Shown piece after piece: positions 57,981 through 64,000 of a stretch of DNA of 64,000 nucleotides (positions within the stretch are counted from its first letter, which is position 1; each line of letters begins with the position of its first letter). The notes below the pieces were generated by a model that had not been told where the DNA came from, made no database searches, and saw only the letters and a program-made list of their open reading frames with translations. The stretch is from Vicinamibacterales bacterium (lineage in GTDB: Bacteria > Acidobacteriota > Vicinamibacteria > Vicinamibacterales > JAMQPK01), in NCBI GenBank assembly GCA_963790545.1, contig CAWBPA010000007.1, positions 17,668 through 81,667 of the forward strand, given 5' to 3'. A program made the position numbers and the translations under genes.

Positions 57981-60081
57981 TTGGTGATCCTCGCTTCCGG
58001 AACATTCGGGTTCTTCCAGTTGTCGCTCGATCTTTATCGATTCCTTCTTGACAGACTTTCGACAATCCGTCCGACGGATCGCCGAAACACGTTACGGGTT
58101 CGAGCCACACTTGTCACCCGACTGGACATCGTCGTTCTCGCGCTCCTGTTGGCTTCTGTCCCCCTGGATGTGTGGGGCGAGCCAGTCACGACCATTCGCA
58201 ACAACGGTAATCCCGACAACCGGGTGGATCTGGTCATCCTGGGTGACGGCTACACCGCCGGTGAGCTAACCAAGTACGCCGCCGATGTCGAGGCAATCGT
58301 TCAGGGCTTCTTTGCCGATGAGGCCTTCCGTGAATACCAGCGCTATTTCAATGTCCATCGGATCGACATGACGAGCAATCAATCTGGGGCTGACCACCCG
58401 GATCGAACACCTCAGGTCTTTAGAGATACGGCCGTCGATGCCACGTACCAACTTCGCGGGTATTCAGCGGTTGATTTGCGTCAACTTCACCAAGGTGAAC
58501 GACGTCGTGACCGCAAGCGTTCCTGTCGGCAGCCGCGACGTTCTCATCGTCCTCGTAAACGATGAGGAGTACCGGAGGATCGGGAGGGGCCGTAGCAGTC
58601 GCATCGATTCACGACTTGGCGGTTGAGATCGTCTTTCACGAAATCGGCCATAGTTTCGCCCTTTTGGCAGATGAGTACTGGGACTCGGGTCCCCCGTTCT
58701 GCGTTCTGGACGAGCCGTGGGAGGTCAATGCCACACGACAAACCGATCGCGCGCTGATCAAGTGGAAAAACTGGATCGACCAGAACACTCCTATTCCAAC
58801 ACGAGGATCGACATCAGGCGTACCCGGGCTCTACGAAGGGGCGAAGTACTGTGCCAATGGACTGTACCGTCCCACTAACGCGTCCAAGATGCGTTTTCTC
58901 AATTTCCCCTTCGAGCAGATCAACTCCGAACAGCTCATAAAACGGATCTACAACTTGGTGTCCCCTCTCGATTCGGTCGAGCCGCCGGAGTCGAGTCTGA
59001 CGCTATCGCAGGGGAATACTCACGAGTTCCGCGTGACCGTGCCAGCTCCGCTGACTCACGCCCTGGACGTTAGCTGGACCGTAGATGGTGACCCTGCCGG
59101 CAACGGTACCACCTTCACCTTGGACTCGAGCCTGTTGGCCCTGGGGAACCACGTGGTAGAGGTTGTCGTAAATGACTCCACGCCGATGGTCCGTACGGAC
59201 TCGGAAGGCCTTTTGAATGAGCGTCGTGGTTGGACGGTGACTGTACGGAGTGGCCACACGAATCCTGGCGATTTCGACGGTGACGGCAAGAGCGACGTCT
59301 CGGTTTTTCGCCCGTCGAATGGCACGTGGTACATCATGAGTCCTGGCACCGGAATCGCCAAGGCCTTCCAATGGGGGAACTGGCTCGACGTGCCCGTGCC
59401 CGGAGATTATGACGGCGACGGCCAAAGACGACATCGCGGTCTTTCGGCCGTCGAATGGCACGTGGTATCTCGTGTACTCGGCCACGGGAACCACGGCGGG
59501 TGTCCAATGGGGGAACGGGAGCGACGTGCCCGTCCCGGGGATTACGACGGCGACGGGAAGACCGATATCGCGGTGTTTCGACCTGCCGACGGCACCTGGT
59601 ATCTTGTGTACCCGGCCACAGGAACCACCGCGGGCGTCCAATGGGGGAACGGGCTCGACATACCCGTGCCCGGGGATTACGACGGCGACGGCCAGACCGA
59701 CATCGCCGTCTTTCGCCCGTCCAATGGCACGTGGTACTTGGTATCGGCCACTGGAAGCACGGCGGGTGTCCAATGGGGGAACGGGCTCGACGTGCCCGTG
59801 CCGGGGACTATGACGGCGACGGGAAAACCGACATCGCCGTCTTTCGCCCGTCCAATGGCACCTGGTACCTCGTGTACTCGGCCACTGGAACCACGGCGGG
59901 TGTCCAATGGGGGAACGGGTTCGATGTGCCCGTGCCCGGGGATTACGACGGCGACGGGAAAACCGACATCGCCGTCTTCCGCCGTCCAATGGCACCTGGT
60001 ATCTCTTTATCGAGCACAGGGACCACGGCGGGCGTCCAATGGGGGAACGGCCTGGACATTTCGATCGTAGGGCGTCCCTGA
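57981..60081 (+). pseudogene. Peptidase-M64 (IgA-peptidase-like) zinc metalloprotease domain fused to an Ig-like domain and an FG-GAP/VCBS-like repeat array, at least 5 frame breaks
   Basis: NRVDLVILGDGYTAGE...FNVHRID..SNQSGAD (57981..), RDVLIVLVNDEEY (58438..), FHEIGHSFALLADEYW (58562..), then about 6 units of [22 protein letters not shown]...GVQWGNG. The start is unresolved. Confidence 0.6.
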
Positions 60082-60635
60082 GAATCTCTCGCTCAGCCAA
60101 TAAGTGATCGGTACTGCACCCATGCGGAACACCGGTCGCAACATTCAGCCTGTACGGCAGGGTGCCGGCGTCCCGCCTTTCTTAGGCTGCGTTACTGCGT
60201 CGTCTTAATACGTTCTTGACGCCTACACAGGCGCAAATGTTTGGACCGGAGCCGCCCGAGTCCTTTAGCTATCGTTCGCTGATTTTGGACCACCACTGAC
60301 TCTGTCTCTGTACGTTCAAAGTATCAATTCGAACGGAACTGTGGTTATTGACGTTCGAGACACCGCGCAGCTCCCTACCGAATCTGGGGCGTCTCCACGG
60401 CGAGTCGGCAATTCGTCCCGCATATCCCGAAGCCAACGCTACGCCAAAGACGCCAATGGAAATAAACGAGGAAAACTCGGACCCTCTGCTCCCTGGAGAA
60501 TCACCTGACTCCGGCCGGACTGATAGCTTCCTCGCACTGGCAAAAGTGGCCCGACTTTGCTAGGTCGACCGGTGCTGCGGATCGAATGCGCCGTCGCGCC
60601 AGAATAGTGCCGGCGCGGTCGAGCCCCGAGGTGAA

Positions 60636-62800
60636 TTGGCCCTTGCGGCGTGCTCGATGGCGCTTGGTCTCTTTAGTGTTGGCACGTTGGTCGCGGTCGG
60701 GTATTTCAACTACTCCACGCTGCCATGGTTCGATGCGTGGGACCACTGGATTGGTTATCTGAGTTCCAGCGATTCACTAACGTTTCTGTTCAGCCGGCAC
60801 AACGAGCATAGGATTCCGGTCACGCGGCTTCTCTATTTCGCCGATCGGATCTGGTTTAGCGCCGACACACGGCTCCTCCTTTGGTGCAGCTTCCTCGCGC
60901 AGTTCGGCAGCGCGCTGATGTTGTATCGACTGGTTTGTTCATCGGCAGACCTGACCTTCGCGCGTCGACTTACGTCTTGGGTATCATTCTGACGTTCGCG
61001 TTTGCGGCTTCGCAGTGGATCAACTTTACGTGGACGTTCTGTGTGGGTTTCCTCGTGGTCTTCTTCGCAGGTATCGCGGCTTTCGTCGCCTTGAAGAATA
61101 GCGCGGAAAGTCCGCGTCCGCTGTCGACGACATGGGTGATCGTGTCTGTCATGATGGGGTTGATCGCGACAGGGAGCATGGCCAACGGCCTCCTGGTGTG
61201 GCCCTTAATTGTGCTGATGGCGGCAACTTTGGCCTGCCGAGGAGGGTCATGGGTGGCTTGGCAGTCGCTGGACTGACCGTGTCATTGGCCTATATGCAGG
61301 GGTACGAGCGAACAGCGGAAGACTGTGGCCCATTCTTTGATGAGGGCTCCAGAAGTCCTTGTATTTGACTTGTCTACCTCGGCTCGGCTGTGGACGAGCC
61401 GTTCGTGGCTCTTACCAAAGCGATCGGACTTGAGTGGGAGGCCTACGTGTCTTTTAGCCGCAATCGTTGGCTCGATTGGGTCGCCTGGTTCTTCTATCTC
61501 GTCATCGGCGCCATTCGTGAACGACCCAAAAACCGCCCGAGCCGGATTGCGATCCTATATGTTCTTGCCTTCGTGGCTGGTTCTAGCGCCCTGACGGCTT
61601 TGGGGCGCGTGCAGTTTCCTATGGAGGTTGCATTGACCTCGCGATATGTCACGCCATCCCTCCTGTTCTGGGCTTGCCTATTCGCGCTCGCCGTCTCGGC
61701 CTCCGCAACGGGGCGTCCATCGAGCAGCCTAGTCCGCCGCTATCGGCTGCGTGTTGCCGCCCTCTTTGCAGCCTGGTTCGTCGGCGGCCTTGTACAGTTG
61801 CCCAAAGCTGCCTATGCGGTCGAGTCAGAGCGGTTTCTTAGCGAGGGGGAACATGCCCTCATCAACGGCGTTTTCGCCGCCGAAGGTTGGCAACGATTCT
61901 ATAGATCGCCTGGCGCAATGATTCCGGTAGTCCGTCATTTTCGTGATCGACGCCTCGCCTCGTTTTCCCGTGAGTGGACGCGATGGATCGATGACCCTGC
62001 CCCTGCCCATTTCCAGGTGATGTCAGAGGATTTGGATTGTATTGGCGCGTGGGAATCATTGGATCCTGCAGGCGGATCATTCAGCCCAGCCGTTATCGCA
62101 ACAGGTTGGGGCTATGACCGGCGCTTTCGTCGTGCTCCAGAGCGAATAGTGTTTGTTGATGCGGCGAGACGCATCGTGGGCTTCGCTGCCGTAACGCGCC
62201 GACGTCCCGACCTGCTCCCCGGTTACCCCGAGATATCCAGCGATCGGGTCGGTTGGGTGAGTTTCCTGCCCGCGGCACGACGTCGGACCTTACCGCCTAT
62301 CTCTTGCTCGGTGACGGTCGCAGTCTGTGCCGGTCGGGCTATGCGAATTCGGGGGCGCTATCTGACGGCCGAAGCTGCCAAGGCGGGCGACGCCATCACG
62401 GGTGTTGACGTGAGCGCCCAGGGTCCTTGGGTTCGCGATCTGCCGGCACCACGGCTTCAAGCCCTCCGTTCGCGACTCATACCTGGAGCTCACATGCGCT
62501 GCACTTGCGGACCGGCGTACTTCGGCTGGGTCCCGTGAAGCTACGGCCGAATTGAGCATCGGTCTTCCGGTGATTACGGGGGCTGCCGCTTCTGCCATTC
62601 GAATCTCCGCGATCGAACGCGCGACAGGTCGGGTGCTGGCCACGAGCAATCCACCGGCCGGTATGTCGACCTGGGATCTCTGGAGGCTCGATATGCCGGC
62701 CGGGGCTCCCGACATGATGATTGATTACGTAGTTGAACACGGGGAAACAGGTCCGGGTAACTGGGTCATGGTGGGTGTACCGAGATTGATCAAGCCCTAA
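60636..62800 (+). pseudogene. Polytopic membrane protein with a C-terminal soluble domain (possible polymerase/GT-C-type, function unknown), at least 5 frame breaks
   Basis: Fragments: 60636.. (..FSRHNEHRIPVTRLLYFAD..), 60881.., 61132.., 61325.., 61390..62538 and 62552..62800. The first two-thirds contain many TM helices. Confidence 0.45.
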
Positions 62801-62869
62801 ACTCTGGCGCAGATGCACGTGGGCTGAAACATATTGCAATTATGGATATGCATGTTCCGAACGATGAAT

Positions 62870-64000
62870 ATGGCGGATGAATCGCCCGATCGCCACCCGA
62901 ATACGGGTCATTCCTCGCTGTGGAACGGGTCTATCGCAATGGGTCAGGCGCTCCTGATCGTTGCCGTTCTGTTCGTGTTTTTGCGAGGGTGGAGTCGCGA
63001 CATTCGAGTCCCTCTCGGTTTTTCGAGCGACAGTCTGTTGGCCCTCATGCAAAGCAAGAGCACAGTTGACAACGGCTGGTGGTGGTTCAATCCGATGGTT
63101 GGCGCGCCCTTTGGCCTCGACGAGCTGGCGTTTCCTGCGAACAGCAACGTGGATCAGGCGATTGTGTGGGCGGTTAGCCGTATGACGCCTGACTTCGCGC
63201 CGGCCACGACGCTTGCATGGGCGATCACCGTGGTTCTGAGCGGCCTGTCGGCGAGTTGGTGCATGCGACAGGTCGGTGTATCGACGAGCAGTTCGTTCGT
63301 CGCCGGAACCCTGTTCGGGTTGAGTCCTTATGCCCTGTATCGACATATCGATCACTTCTGGATGGTCATCTACCTCGTGCCGTTTGCGTGCGCGGCCGCA
63401 CTAATCGTGGCTTCTGGACAAGTGAAAGACGCGCGGGTACTGGAGGCGATCCGGCGTCTTCCTTCTCGCCGGATGTGCGCTCCTGGGGTTTAACTACGTT
63501 TACTATTCGTTCTTCGCATCTTTCATTATCGGCGTCGCGCTAGTCCTGGGATTCCTGACCCATCGGAACAGGCCCGTTCTGATGGCCGGCGGCCTCGCCA
63601 TCGTGCTCGTTGCGGTCTGCACCACGCTCAACCTGGCGCCCAGCATCTATTCGTGGAGCCTTCACGGCCGGCCAATGATCCTGCGCGACAAATTGCCCGC
63701 GGAATCAGAAGTCTATGGTCTCAAGATCAGACAGCTCGTGAGCCCGGTCTTCAATAATTCGCTGCCACCTCTGCGGCGATGGGCGGAGAGGGAAGGCGCG
63801 GCGCAGTTTCCCCTGGAGACCGAGAACACCAAATCCCGGCTTGGCGTTGTGGGTACATTGGGGTTTCTCATTCTCATGAGCTTTTGGTTTCTTCCCGGCG
63901 TTGCCCAACGATTCCATTCGTCGAGGCTGCTGCTCGGGGCGAGTCGTCTCACGCTGGCCGCGATCCTGCTCGGCACGATCGGCGGGTTTGGGAGTCTGTT
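62870..64000 (+). CDS. Polytopic membrane protein (GT-C-like, function unknown), copy C. Continues beyond the window, with at least 1 frame break near 63440-63460.
   Basis: LALMQSKSTVDNGWWWFNPMVGAPFGLDELAFPANSNVDQAIVW... (ORF 62834..63493). An open frame then runs to nt 64000 (..FLLAGCALLGFNYVYY..ESEVYGLKIRQLVSP..LGTIGGFGSL). Confidence 0.55.

Noticed and set aside
36558-64000. Programmed ribosomal frameshifting or phase variation as the explanation for the frame breaks
   Set aside because: There are too many sites (about 50), and I saw no shared slippery heptamer or long homopolymer/SSR tract at them. Paralogue comparisons show simple 1-nt indels at different positions in each copy. Decay or consensus error is far more parsimonious.
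1-64000. Mobile genetic element, prophage, integron, toxin-antitoxin or defence-system genes
   Set aside because: I recognised no integrase, transposase, recombinase, phage structural, restriction-modification, Cas, or typical TA/abortive-infection motif in any frame. The only mobility signals are the small non-autonomous repeats and the segmental duplication.

Overview
High-GC (about 60-65% by eye) bacterial chromosomal segment. Gene content and repeat types suggest a soil Acidobacteriota- or Gemmatimonadota-like organism, but that is inference only. I recognised no rRNA, tRNA, CRISPR array, transposase, integrase or phage gene.

nt 1-36,500 is mostly intact and dominated by envelope and periplasmic redox functions:
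- a translationally coupled small-protein/PAS/PilZ operon
- an orphan ExbD
- an ankyrin protein and a DUF1552/DUF1592 pair
- a 1025-aa zinc-peptidase + PD40 + Omp85-barrel fusion
- a five-gene, start/stop-overlapping operon: Tat-signal subunit, VAO/PCMH-type flavoprotein, cytochrome c, hydrolase, quinone reductase
- acyl-CoA synthetase, cytochrome c', and a PHM/DBH-like copper monooxygenase
- a radical-SAM/GT2/GT-C/lectin operon
- a PQQ alcohol dehydrogenase with a lanthanide-type signature
- five paralogues of an uncharacterised secreted protein family, two of them paired or fused with DUF6152

nt 36,500-64,000 is an ABC-transporter-dependent (Wzm/Wzt) surface-glycan locus. It holds a WecA-like initiating transferase, several GT2 modules, a methyltransferase, an APS kinase, GT-C-like membrane proteins and three secreted FG-GAP/VCBS-repeat proteins. 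It contains a ~1.6 kb wzm-wzt segmental duplication and a second paralogous membrane-protein pair. It is also riddled with single-nucleotide frame breaks: roughly 50 by my manual count, against about 6-7 in the first 36 kb. That means either real decay or locus-specific consensus error, and the sequence alone cannot decide.

Intergenic DNA carries several hairpin-repeat families, including a five-unit ~80-bp tandem array with a nested second element. All functional calls rest on motif recognition by eye. No database search was run.
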